Assembly (NCBI GenBank): GCA_013203315.1
Contig: JABMQJ010000012.1
Coordinates: 6,402 to 70,401, forward strand
Source: Candidatus Omnitrophota bacterium
GTDB taxonomy: Bacteria; Omnitrophota; Gorgyraeia; JABMRN01; RBG-13-46-9
DNA: 64,000 nt
Reading direction: 5' to 3'
Of the stretch, positions 1 through 11,420 are shown piece after piece. The first letter of the stretch is position 1. Every line of letters starts with the position of its first letter. The position numbers and the translations under genes were made by a program. The notes beneath the pieces were generated by a model. It had not been told where the DNA came from. It worked only from the letters and a program-made list of their open reading frames with translations, and did no database searches.

Positions 1-451
1 GACTACAAAGACAGATGCGTCTTTTGTGACATGCTAAGACAGGAGCTTGATGATCAAAAAAGAATTGTTCTTGATTTAGGCGGGTTTGTGGCGGTCAATC
101 CCTATTGTTCCAGATTTCCTTTTGAGACATGGATTTTGCCCAAAAGACATTCATGCGATTTCGATAGCATGACAAAGAAGGAAATAAAAGGGTATTCCGA
201 GATTTTCCAGCTGACACTAAAAAAACTTGTAAAAACATTAGGGGATTTTCCGTACAATATAGTTTTGCATACAGCGCCCCTGCGGAGAAGAAAGAAAAAA
301 GGTTACTGGGAAACGATAGAGGCAGACTATCACTGGCACATCGAAATCATGCCGCGCCTGACGCAGGTGGCCGGTTTTGAATGGGGTAGCGGTTTTTATA
401 TTAATCCCGTACCGCCCGAGGATGCCTGTAAATATTTAAAGGAAGCAAATA

Positions 452-465
<14 letters not shown>
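1..465 (+). CDS. GalT-family (HIT-like) hexose-1-phosphate uridylyltransferase paralog. Only the C-terminal ~155 aa lie in the window (5' end outside).
   Basis: Reading frame runs in from base 1. DYKDRCVFCDM, HWHIEIMPRL and FEWGSGFY motifs closely match the C-terminal half of the downstream 332-aa GalT-like gene. Nucleotides 1-45 are near-identical to 1024-1068. Confidence 0.7.
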
Positions 466-2472
<2,007 letters not shown>

Positions 2473-2477
2473 ACTGA

Positions 2478-3641
2478 ATGAAAAATAGGCCAGTCAGGTC
2501 CGCTAAAAGAAAAGCCGTCAAGAAATATACGCCAAGAAAAGACGAGCTTAAAAATTTAGCGGATTTCACTTCCAAAAACCCGAGGCCGTCTTTGTGCATA
2601 GGGAAAGGCGGGACTCTTCTTTACGCGAATGCCGCCAGTCTTCCTATTATTTCCGATTGGGGTAAAAAAATCGGCGATATGGTTTCTCGTGAATGGGGCG
2701 AGCTCATAAAAGAAGTTCTCGTCTCCGGCATTAGAGAAAATGTTGAGGTAGAGTGCAGTGGCCGCACTTATTCCTTCGTGATGGTGCCTGTGAAAAAAGC
2801 TTCTTACGTCAACATGTACGGGAGCGATGTCACGGAACGGAAAAGAGCGATGGAGAGGCTAACGGCCGCGTATGCCCAGCTTCAGGAAGCCCAGTCCCAG
2901 CTTGTCCGAGCGGAGAAAATGAACGTTATCGGTACGCTTGCCAGCGGTATCGCGCATGAGGTAAAAAATCCACTGGCTACTATATCCCAGGGCCTCGAGT
3001 ACCTTTCAAAAAATATTAATTCAAAAGATGAAAACGTGAATTCCATATTAAATTACATGGAAGACGCAGTCAAGAAGGCCGATGGCACGATAAGAGGGCT
3101 TTTGGATTTTAGTAGGGCCACGGCATTGGATATAAAATCGGAAAATTTAAATTCCGTGATTGAAGAGTCCCTGTCTCTTATAAAAATGCAGTCCGAAAAG
3201 AGTAAAACTACCGTTGTACAGGACCTTGACAAAAACATTCCGCAGATAGAAATAGACAAAAGTCGAATGCAGCAGGTGTTCGTGAACCTTTTTCTGAATT
3301 CCATTCAGGCAATGCCTGACGGAGGAGAGCTAAAGGTAAAGACCTACTTGAGGAAGTTGGTTAAGCGTAGCGTGATAGGCGTTGCGTCCCCGGGCGTGGA
3401 AAGCGCTATTGAAATCGAAGAAAAATCCATAATCGCAGAAATCGTCGATACGGGTAAAGGAATTCCCAAAGGCATCGCCGATAAAATCTTTGAACCCTTT
3501 TTTACTACAAGGCAGGGTAAGGGAGGCACAGGCCTAGGGCTTTCAATCGTAAGGAATATATTAGAGATGCATGAAGCGGGCATTGAAATAAAAAATAAAG
3601 AAGGCGGCGGGGTAAGAACAACTGTAATTTTCAAATTATAA
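2478..3641 (+). CDS. Cytoplasmic sensor histidine kinase (PAS-like N-terminus, HisKA, HATPase_c)
   Basis: H-box HEVKNPLATI, N/G boxes (NLFLNSIQAMPDGG, GTGLGLSIV). No TM segments. Confidence 0.85.
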   Translation: MKNRPVRSAKRKAVKKYTPRKDELKNLADFTSKNPRPSLCIGKGGTLLYANAASLPIISDWGKKIGDMVSREWGELIKEVLVSGIRENVEVECSGRTYSFVMVPVKKASYVNMYGSDVTERKRAMERLTAAYAQLQEAQSQLVRAEKMNVIGTLASGIAHEVKNPLATISQGLEYLSKNINSKDENVNSILNYMEDAVKKADGTIRGLLDFSRATALDIKSENLNSVIEESLSLIKMQSEKSKTTVVQDLDKNIPQIEIDKSRMQQVFVNLFLNSIQAMPDGGELKVKTYLRKLVKRSVIGVASPGVESAIEIEEKSIIAEIVDTGKGIPKGIADKIFEPFFTTRQGKGGTGLGLSIVRNILEMHEAGIEIKNKEGGGVRTTVIFKL

Positions 3642-3656
3642 AAGAGGAGGCGGATT

Positions 3657-4040
3657 ATGGCAAAGACAAAAATACTTATAGTTGACGATGAGGAAAATTT
3701 TGCACATATAGTAAAAATAAATCTTGAGCAGACGGGTAGCTTCGAGGTCGCGGTAGTGCCAGAGGCATCCGAGGCATGCAAGGCTGCCACGGTTCTTAAG
3801 CCGGACCTGATACTCTTGGATATAGTAATGCCTGACAAGGACGGCTTCGAAGTTCTAAAAGCGCTCAAGTCGAACGATAAAACCATGGCCATACCCGTAA
3901 TAATGCTGACAGCGGTAGGGGACGATAGCGCGAAGATTAAAGCAGCCGAGCAATTTAGCGAAGGTTACATCATAAAGCCGGTTAGCACCGAGGTTCTCCG
4001 GACAAAAATAGAAAGAGTGCTGGAGAGGCGCCCGAGTTAA
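3657..4040 (+). CDS. Single-domain response regulator (CheY-like receiver)
   Basis: ILIVDDE ... [14 protein letters not shown] ... conserved T/K positions. 127 aa with no output domain. Confidence 0.9.
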   Translation: [127 protein letters not shown]

Positions 4041-4067
4041 GGCCAAGATAAAACCTATGCATATTTT

Positions 4068-5471
4068 ATGAATATTCTTTTTGCTTCATCTGAGGTGGCG
4101 CCGTTTGCTAAGACCGGGGGATTGGCTGACGTATCCGCAAGCCTGCCGGCGGCCCTTGGCGAAATCGGGTGCGAAACAAAGGTCATCCTTCCTTTTTATA
4201 AAAGTGTCAAAAATATGGGCCTCGCCGGCCTCGTACCTTTTGCCATAAATGAATTCAATTTTTTTAAATATACAGAGCTCGGTATTGAGTACATTTTTGT
4301 CATTAATGACCGGTACTATGACAGGGAAAATCTATACGGGGAACCGCACGGCGATTACCCGGACAACGAGGCGCGTTTCTCATATTTTAGCAAAGCCATT
4401 GTAGCATTCGCCGCGCACACAGACCGAAAAACGGATATTATCCACTGTAACGATTGGCAGACGGGCCTGGTTCCCGTTTATTTAAAACTGCAAAAAAAAG
4501 AAATAAAAACGCTTTTTACCATACACAATATCGGTTATCAGGGTTTATTTAAAAAGGACCTGTTGGAAAGCCTTGGAATACCCAGGCAATTCTACAACAT
4601 AAACGGCATCGAATACTACGGGAAGATATCCTTTTTAAAAGCAGGAATCGTGTATTCCTCGGCTATAAGTACCGTCAGCAAGGGTTACGCAAGAGAAATA
4701 CTTACCCCGGCATTTGGTTGCGGTATGGACGGAATCCTCGGCACGCGCTCCTCCGAGCTTTACGGCATAGTTAACGGCGTTGACTATAACCTCTGGGACC
4801 CCGCGCGGGATAAATTCATAAAAGAGAACTATGGCCCGGAAAATGTTGATAAAAAAATAGAATGCAAGAAAGATCTGATAAAAGCAGTAGGGTTACCCGC
4901 CGAGACTATAGGCAGGCCGCTTATCGGCGTGATATCGAGGCTTGCGCACCAGAAGGGCATAGACCTTTTGGCCGGTGCAGCAAAAGAAATAATTGACCTG
5001 GGCGCAAGTATCATCATCCTCGGCACCGGGGACAAGAAGTACAACGCCATATGCTCGGATATTGCAAAGAAACACCCGAAATATATATCGAGCCAGATAA
5101 CTTTTAATAATGCCCTTGCCCACAAAGTCGAAGCAGGTAGCGATATGTTTGCGATGCCGTCACGATACGAGCCGTGCGGATTAAACCAGCTTTATAGCAT
5201 GAGATACGGCACGCTGCCCGTGGCAAGGGCAACGGGCGGATTAGATGATACAATAATTGATTTATACGAGGATAAAGACAGCGGAAACGGAATAAAGTTT
5301 CCGGATGCTACAAAAGACGGCCTTGTAAATGCCCTCCGCCGCGCCGTAGAACTTTATAAAGATAAAGCCTTGTGGCAGAGGACGCAGAAGAGAATAATGA
5401 ATCTGGATTTTTCCTGGAAAACATCCGCCTTGCACTACAAAGAACTCTACCAAAGCCTGCTTAATACATGA
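4068..5471 (+). CDS. glgA: Glycogen/starch synthase, ADP-glucose type (GT5)
   Basis: N-terminal EVAPFAKTGGLADV signature, 467 aa. Confidence 0.92.
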   Translation: MNILFASSEVAPFAKTGGLADVSASLPAALGEIGCETKVILPFYKSVKNMGLAGLVPFAINEFNFFKYTELGIEYIFVINDRYYDRENLYGEPHGDYPDNEARFSYFSKAIVAFAAHTDRKTDIIHCNDWQTGLVPVYLKLQKKEIKTLFTIHNIGYQGLFKKDLLESLGIPRQFYNINGIEYYGKISFLKAGIVYSSAISTVSKGYAREILTPAFGCGMDGILGTRSSELYGIVNGVDYNLWDPARDKFIKENYGPENVDKKIECKKDLIKAVGLPAETIGRPLIGVISRLAHQKGIDLLAGAAKEIIDLGASIIILGTGDKKYNAICSDIAKKHPKYISSQITFNNALAHKVEAGSDMFAMPSRYEPCGLNQLYSMRYGTLPVARATGGLDDTIIDLYEDKDSGNGIKFPDATKDGLVNALRRAVELYKDKALWQRTQKRIMNLDFSWKTSALHYKELYQSLLNT

Positions 5472-5483
5472 GGGCTTCCGGCA

Positions 5484-5512
5484 TTGACATTATCAAAAAA
5501 GCCAAGTATACT
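5484..5512 (+). promoter_or_regulatory. Sigma70-type promoter TTGACA-17-TATACT upstream of pgk
   Basis: ttgaca at 5484-5489, 17-nt spacer, tatact at 5507-5512. ~75-nt leader follows, with AGTATA direct repeats and a GC hairpin. Confidence 0.55.
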
Positions 5513-5589
5513 ATTATTTTTGTACAAGTATAGTAGTATATTCTTATAGAGATATAGAGCCTGCCTGTCGGTAGGCAGAGAGGTTTTTA

Positions 5590-6768
5590 ATGAAAAAAAC
5601 GATACGCGACATTGATATAAAAGGAAAAAGAGTTCTAATGCGCGTGGATTTCAACGTGCCCCTGGACGAAAAACAGAATATTACAGACGATACACGAATC
5701 AAAAGCGTGCTCCCCACAATAAAGTATGCCCAAAACGCCCCCTCAAAGCTTATATTAATGAGCCATCTCGGAAGGCCAAAGGGGAGCGTAAATCCCCAGA
5801 TGAGTCTGGGGCCATGCGGAGAGAGACTTTCAAAGCTTTTGGGTAAAGACGTAAAGATGCTAAAGGACTGTGTTGGCTCTTCGGTCGAAGAAGAAGTGAG
5901 CAAAATGAAAGACGGAGACGTTGTTCTCCTGGAGAACCTGCGTTTTCATAAAGAAGAAACAAAAAATGACCCGCAATTTGCCGAATCCCTTGCCAAATTA
6001 GGCGATGTATTTATTAATGACGCTTTTGGCACTTGCCACAGGGCGCACGCTTCAACCGAAGGGATTACTAAATATTTACCGAGCGCTATGGGATTTTTGG
6101 TGGAAAAAGAAATAGAATACTTCGATAAAGTTCTCAATAATCCCGATAAGCCGGTTGCCCTTATCCTGGGGGGTGCTAAGGTTTCAGACAAAATCGCTGT
6201 TATAGAGAATATGCTTAAGGATATAGATTTTCTTTTGATTGGCGGAGCAATGGCATACACCTTTCTAAAATCACGCCTTAAGGGAGTAGGAAGTTCCAGG
6301 GTGGAGGAAGATAAAATTGAAACCGCATCGGAAATTTTCCAGAAAGCCAGGGACAATAACGTAAGCATATTTTTACCGGAAGACCATGTTATTGCCAAGG
6401 CCATAACACCTACCGCGCGAACCAGGGTCGTAAGGGAACATATTCCTGACGGCTGGATAGGCCTTGACATAGGCCCGAGAACGATCAAAAAGTTCAAAAA
6501 CGCCCTTAAAGGCGCAAAGACCATACTCTGGAACGGCCCGGTGGGCTATTTTGAAATGAAACCTTTTAAGAGGGGCACAACCGATATCGCAAAATTCATA
6601 TCCCGGCTTGATGCCACAACCGTAATAGGCGGCGGCGACACGGCTGCGGCGATAAACGCGCTGGGCCTCGCCAAGAAGATGAGCCACATCTCAACCGGCG
6701 GCGGTGCATCCTTGGAGTATTTGGAAGGGAAAGAACTGCCGGGCATAAAAGCTTTGCAGGATAAATAA
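5590..6768 (+). CDS. pgk: Phosphoglycerate kinase
   Basis: 392 aa. RVDFNVP N-terminus, GGGDTAAA and ISTGGGASLE motifs. Confidence 0.95.
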   Translation: MKKTIRDIDIKGKRVLMRVDFNVPLDEKQNITDDTRIKSVLPTIKYAQNAPSKLILMSHLGRPKGSVNPQMSLGPCGERLSKLLGKDVKMLKDCVGSSVEEEVSKMKDGDVVLLENLRFHKEETKNDPQFAESLAKLGDVFINDAFGTCHRAHASTEGITKYLPSAMGFLVEKEIEYFDKVLNNPDKPVALILGGAKVSDKIAVIENMLKDIDFLLIGGAMAYTFLKSRLKGVGSSRVEEDKIETASEIFQKARDNNVSIFLPEDHVIAKAITPTARTRVVREHIPDGWIGLDIGPRTIKKFKNALKGAKTILWNGPVGYFEMKPFKRGTTDIAKFISRLDATTVIGGGDTAAAINALGLAKKMSHISTGGGASLEYLEGKELPGIKALQDK

Positions 6769-6784
6769 GTTTTGGGGGAGCAAT

Positions 6785-7552
6785 ATGCGTAAACCGATAA
6801 TAGCGGGAAACTGGAAGATGCATAAAACCGTTGAAGAGGCAATTGTACTCGCAAACGCGATAAAAAGAGATGTATTTGACATAGAAGACGTGGAAATCGT
6901 TCTCTGCCCGCCGTTTACATCGCTGGGTGACGTTAAAGACGTAATTCTTGAAACAAATATTTCTTTAGGCGCGCAGAATATGCACTGGGAAGCCGAGGGT
7001 GCCAAGACAGGCGAGATTTCTTCAAAAATGTTGAAGCAGATAGGGTGCAAATATGTTATAATAGGGCACTCTGAAAGAAGGGCATATTTCGGCGAAACCA
7101 ACCAGACCGTGAATAATAAGGTAGGTGCCGCCTTAAAAGAAGGGCTCTTTCCTATAATGTGCGTGGGCGAAAAACTGGAAGAACGCGAAAGCGGCAAAGC
7201 CTTCGATATAATTTCAGGGCACATAGAAGGAGGCCTCGTAAATATCGGGCCTGAAGAAATTTTAAATTTAGTTATCGCATACGAACCCGTATGGGCGATA
7301 GGAACCGGCAAGAACGCAACGCCTGACCAGGCCCAGGAAGTGCATAAGTTTATTCGGGGATTACTTGCAAAAAAATACGGTAAGGATACCTCGGAGAAGA
7401 TTCGAATTCAGTATGGGGGAAGCGTGAAGCCCTCCAATATCGAGAGTCTTATCGGGGAAAAAGACATAGACGGCGCTTTAGTAGGAGGCGCGTCCCTTAA
7501 GTCAGAGAGTTTTGTTGAACTTGTGAAAAAGTCTTCGCAGGTTGTGAAATAA
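6785..7552 (+). CDS. tpiA: Triosephosphate isomerase
   Basis: IAGNWKMH N-terminus, catalytic IIGHSERR, AYEPVWAIGTG, 255 aa. Confidence 0.95.
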   Translation: MRKPIIAGNWKMHKTVEEAIVLANAIKRDVFDIEDVEIVLCPPFTSLGDVKDVILETNISLGAQNMHWEAEGAKTGEISSKMLKQIGCKYVIIGHSERRAYFGETNQTVNNKVGAALKEGLFPIMCVGEKLEERESGKAFDIISGHIEGGLVNIGPEEILNLVIAYEPVWAIGTGKNATPDQAQEVHKFIRGLLAKKYGKDTSEKIRIQYGGSVKPSNIESLIGEKDIDGALVGGASLKSESFVELVKKSSQVVK

Positions 7553-7589
7553 ATAGAGACGCTTGAGGTCTCTTATAATAGGAGAAAAT

Positions 7590-7979
7590 ATGGCTTACGG
7601 TTTAGCTATAGGTGTTCATGTAATTGCGTGTCTGATTTTAATTGTAGTAATACTTCTGCAGGCAGGTCGCGGCGGGGGATTGAGTGAGGCCTTCGGCGGC
7701 GGCGAATCAAGCCAGACTATTTTTGGCACGAAGATATCCGTTTTTTTAACAAAGGCCACGGTTGTTGCGGCATGCCTTTTTCTGATTACATCTCTGCTCT
7801 TAGGGATAATGACATCCAGGAGGGGAAGGAGCTTAGTCGAAATGGAAAGGCGAAGGGCGGTGGCTCTTCCCGGTACGGTTCCCATCCCGAAGAATTTAAC
7901 AGAACAGTCTAAAGAAGTCGAAGTTACCGACAAAGAGGATCTCCCTCTTGCGAAACCCGACAAGAAGCCTACAGAGTAA
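7590..7979 (+). CDS. secG: Preprotein translocase subunit SecG
   Basis: ATG at 7590 preceded by a GGAG SD. LILIVVILLQAGRGGGLSEAFGG core typical of SecG. Sits in the conserved pgk-tpiA-secG position. The ORF track's upstream start at 7563 was rejected. Confidence 0.75.
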   Translation: MAYGLAIGVHVIACLILIVVILLQAGRGGGLSEAFGGGESSQTIFGTKISVFLTKATVVAACLFLITSLLLGIMTSRRGRSLVEMERRRAVALPGTVPIPKNLTEQSKEVEVTDKEDLPLAKPDKKPTE

Positions 7980-9630
7980 TATACAAAAAATACCGCTATT
8001 TTTTATAATAGCGGTATTTTTTTTACTATACCTAACCACTCCGAGCGCGAACGGGGACAGGTCTTCTCCTGACACTATACTGCCTGATGAAAGACCTGTC
8101 CCCGCCGAACCTGTCTACGGAGACGCATTCGTAGTCGGCCAGATAGGCGATGCGCGCACGTTAGTTCCCATATTAGCCTCAGACAGCCCATCCTCTTATA
8201 TCGTGGCCCTTGTATTCAATGGACTTCTAAAATATGACAAAAACGTAGAGCTCATAGGCGACTTGGCCGAATCCTGGACGATAGAAGACGACGGCTTATC
8301 AATAGTATTTTTCTTGAGAAGAAATGTTAAGTGGCATGATGGGCACCCCTTTACAGCAAAAGACGTTGAATTTACGTACAAATCAATAATAGACCCGAAC
8401 GTACCCACCCCGTATAGCGGTGATTTTAAAATGATTAAAACACTCGCTGTCATTGACGATTATACCGTAAAAATAACTTATAAAGAACCATTTGCCCCGG
8501 GCTTGACAAGTTGGGGCATGCCGATTATGCCCAAGCACATCCTGGAAGGCCAAGATCTTCTTACCACGGATTTCGCGCGCAACCCCATAGGAACCGGACC
8601 TTATAAATTTAAAAGATGGAAAACCGGCGAAAGGATTGATCTTGTATCCAATCACGAATATTTCAGGCATCGCCCCTACATAGACAGGTATATATATAGG
8701 GTAATACCGGATACGGCGACAATGTTCCTGGAATTGAAAACAGGCGGCATAGATGAAATGGGGCTTACGCCGCTACAGTTTACAAGGCAGACAGACACGG
8801 CGTTTTTTAAAAAGCGTTTTCAAAAATTTAAATACCCCTCTTTCGGCTACACCTTCCTGGCGTATAATCTTAAAGACGAAAAATTCATGGATAAAAATGT
8901 CCGACAGGCGCTTAATTATGCCGTAGATAAAAATGAAATAATAGACGGCGTTCTTTTGGGGCAGGGAAGAGTTTGTACGGGGCAGTTTGTTCCGGAATCC
9001 TGGGCCTTTAATAAGGATGTAAAGCCATGGCCCTATGATCCCAAAAAAGCCAAAGTAATGTTGAAAGAGTCAGGTTGGCAGGATACCGATCGTGACGGCT
9101 GGCTTGATAAAAACGGTAAGATTTTTGAATTTACAATACTTACAAATCAAGGTAATGAAACCCGGCGCCAGACGGCTGAAATCATGCAGAGGCGCCTTAG
9201 GGATATCGGCGTTAAGGTAAATATAAGGATTCTGGAATGGTCCGTTTTCTTGAACGAATTCGTGAATAAAAAAAGATTCGAAGCAATCATTCTAGGGTGG
9301 GGTCTCGGCAGGGAGCCGGACTGCTTTGACATATTTCATTCTTCAAAAACAAAAGAAGGCGAATTTAATTTTATAAGTTATTCAAATTCCGAAATAGACC
9401 GTCTTCTCATAGAAGGAAGGCGCACATTCGATAGGGAAAAGAGAAAAGAAATTTATAATAGAATTCACGAAATTCTCTACACCGATCAGCCGTACATGTT
9501 TTTATATATACCGGATTCACTGGTCGCGGTAGATAGCCGTTTTCAGGGGATAGAAGTCTCACCGATCGGCATCGGTTACAATTTCATCGATTGGTGGGTA
9601 CCTAAGGCTAGGCAGCGATACAGGTATTAA
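7948..9630 (+). CDS. Oligopeptide/dipeptide ABC transporter periplasmic substrate-binding protein (SBP family 5, OppA/DppA-like)
   Basis: 560 aa. Family-5 SBP features throughout. The only in-frame start upstream of the hydrophobic signal segment ([15 protein letters not shown]) is TTG at 7948, which overlaps the secG 3' end. Start is uncertain. Confidence 0.8.
   Translation: MRNPTRSLQSNIQKIPLFFIIAVFFLLYLTTPSANGDRSSPDTILPDERPVPAEPVYGDAFVVGQIGDARTLVPILASDSPSSYIVALVFNGLLKYDKNVELIGDLAESWTIEDDGLSIVFFLRRNVKWHDGHPFTAKDVEFTYKSIIDPNVPTPYSGDFKMIKTLAVIDDYTVKITYKEPFAPGLTSWGMPIMPKHILEGQDLLTTDFARNPIGTGPYKFKRWKTGERIDLVSNHEYFRHRPYIDRYIYRVIPDTATMFLELKTGGIDEMGLTPLQFTRQTDTAFFKKRFQKFKYPSFGYTFLAYNLKDEKFMDKNVRQALNYAVDKNEIIDGVLLGQGRVCTGQFVPESWAFNKDVKPWPYDPKKAKVMLKESGWQDTDRDGWLDKNGKIFEFTILTNQGNETRRQTAEIMQRRLRDIGVKVNIRILEWSVFLNEFVNKKRFEAIILGWGLGREPDCFDIFHSSKTKEGEFNFISYSNSEIDRLLIEGRRTFDREKRKEIYNRIHEILYTDQPYMFLYIPDSLVAVDSRFQGIEVSPIGIGYNFIDWWVPKARQRYRY
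7985..8024 (+). terminator. Rho-independent terminator, possibly bidirectional (A-tract, 10-bp perfect stem, U-tract)
   Basis: aaaaaa-taccgctatt-ttttat-aatagcggta-tttttttt. It lies just after secG, inside the predicted 5' coding region of the oppA-like gene. Confidence 0.7.
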
Positions 9631-9631
9631 C

Positions 9632-10606
9632 ATGCTGAAATACATATTAAAGCGTTTACTGCACATGATCCCTATCTTGCTGGGGATCACACTTATCTCA
9701 TTTGCCGTAATTCATCTGGCGCCGGGTAAACCGACGGATTTGATGCTTCAATTAAACCCTAAAGTCGATTTTGAGGCGCGCGAAAAATTAAATAGAATTT
9801 ATGGCTTTGACAAGCCTCTCTACGTTCAGTATCTAAACTGGATGAAGAAACTCTCGCGATTAGATTTCGGAAAAAGTTTTATCGACAATAGGCCCGTTAT
9901 CGAGAAGATCAGAGAGAGGCTCCCTATAACGATATTTATAAACGTCCTGGCCATGACGACAATTTTCCTGCTTTCGATACCCATCGGAATAAAAAGTGCC
10001 GTTAGGCGGGGTTCTGTTTTTGACAAAACAACAACGGTTTTTGTTTTCTTGGGTTTCGCGGCGCCGAGTTTTTGGCTGGGGTTACTTCTCATGTCCTTTT
10101 TCGGGGTAAGGCTCGGGATCCTACCGGTTTCGGGGATAGCCTCGCTTGATTTTGAAAATTTTTCAACCCTTGGAAAAATTGCGGATGTTTCCAAGCATCT
10201 CATTCTACCCGTTGCCGTAGCGAGTATCGGGGGATTGGCCGGGGTGTCTCGATACATGCGCCAGAGCATGTTAAATGTTATTTCGCAGGATTACATAAAA
10301 ACAGCCCGGGCGAAAGGGCTTCCCGAAAAAACAGTAATCTACAAGCACGCTTTAAGAAACGCGTTACTGCCCATAATTACAATTCTTGGACTCTCAATTC
10401 CGGGACTCATATCAGGAAGCGTGATTTTGGAGACAATTTTTAGTATACCGGGAATGGGACGCCTCATGGTCGAATCTGTTTTTACGCGGGATTACAACGT
10501 TATAATGGCGGGCCTTGTAATAAGCGCGCTTCTTACTTTGATCGGAAATCTAATCGCGGATATCGCCTACGTGCACGCGGATCCACGCATAAGGTATAAA
10601 CGATGA
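9632..10606 (+). CDS. ABC peptide transporter permease (OppB/DppB-like)
   Basis: Six predicted TM helices. EAA-like loop [21 protein letters not shown]. 324 aa. Confidence 0.85.
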   Translation: MLKYILKRLLHMIPILLGITLISFAVIHLAPGKPTDLMLQLNPKVDFEAREKLNRIYGFDKPLYVQYLNWMKKLSRLDFGKSFIDNRPVIEKIRERLPITIFINVLAMTTIFLLSIPIGIKSAVRRGSVFDKTTTVFVFLGFAAPSFWLGLLLMSFFGVRLGILPVSGIASLDFENFSTLGKIADVSKHLILPVAVASIGGLAGVSRYMRQSMLNVISQDYIKTARAKGLPEKTVIYKHALRNALLPIITILGLSIPGLISGSVILETIFSIPGMGRLMVESVFTRDYNVIMAGLVISALLTLIGNLIADIAYVHADPRIRYKR

Positions 10607-11418
10607 AGAAGCTTTTTCGGAATAAATTAACGGTATTCGGTGCAGGCATAATACTCTTTCTTCTTATCGTAGCGATTTTTGCGCCGCAAATTTCAAGATA
10701 TGACCCGACGTATATCGATATAAAAGAGGCCCTGCTTCGGCCGTCCGCCGAACACCTGCTTGGCACGGATTCTCTCGGGAGAGACCTTTTCTCCAGAATG
10801 GTATATGCCGCTCGAATAGCGCTTTTAATAGGTTTTGTCGCCGTGGGCCTGGCAGCAGTAATAGGCGTGATCCTGGGTTCTGTTGCAGGATACTTCGGGG
10901 GCAAAATCGATTCTTTGATCATGCGTTTTGCGGATATAATGCTTTGTTTCCCGCGATTTTTCCTTATTCTTGCGGTTATCGCGGTTGTGGGCCCCAACAT
11001 TTTTAATGTAATGATTATTATAGGCCTTACGGGGTGGATGGGCATGGCGCGGCTCATAAGAGCGGAGATATTAAGTTTAAAAATAAGAGACTATGTTTCG
11101 GCATCAAGGGCGCTTGGGGCGAGCGATGTTTTCATAATAACAAGACACCTTATACCTAACGGCATAGGGCCCGTTCTGGTGAGTTTTGTTTTCGGTGTTG
11201 CAGGAGCAATTCTTACGGAAGCAGGGTTAAGTTTTCTTGGCCTAGGAGTACAGCCGCCTAACCCGAGCTGGGGAAATATTCTCATGGAAGGCAAAGCGGT
11301 TCTGGGCGTTGCCTGGTGGGTAATTCTTTTTCCAGGGCTGGCGATTTTAATTACAGTGCTTGCGTTTAATCTTGTAGGAGAGGGTCTAAGGGATTCGCTT
11401 AACCCGAAACAGGGATAA
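10603..11418 (+). CDS. ABC peptide transporter permease (OppC/DppC-like)
   Basis: 271 aa, polytopic. Permease EAA motif [21 protein letters not shown]. 4-nt overlap with the upstream permease. Confidence 0.85.
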   Translation: MKKLFRNKLTVFGAGIILFLLIVAIFAPQISRYDPTYIDIKEALLRPSAEHLLGTDSLGRDLFSRMVYAARIALLIGFVAVGLAAVIGVILGSVAGYFGGKIDSLIMRFADIMLCFPRFFLILAVIAVVGPNIFNVMIIIGLTGWMGMARLIRAEILSLKIRDYVSASRALGASDVFIITRHLIPNGIGPVLVSFVFGVAGAILTEAGLSFLGLGVQPPNPSWGNILMEGKAVLGVAWWVILFPGLAILITVLAFNLVGEGLRDSLNPKQG

Positions 11419-11420
11419 CT

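Noticed and set aside
3344-3892. 182-aa - strand ORF spanning the HK/RR junction
   Set aside because: Overlaps two well-supported + strand genes. No recognisable features.
6691-7311. 206-aa - strand ORF opposite pgk/tpiA
   Set aside because: Antisense to glycolytic genes with unmistakable motifs. Shadow ORF.
7553-7589. Short hairpin (agagac-gcttgag-gtctct) plus TATAAT-like hexamer between tpiA and secG
   Set aside because: Stem is only 6 bp with no U-tract and no matching -35. Probably incidental. secG is most simply co-transcribed with pgk-tpiA.
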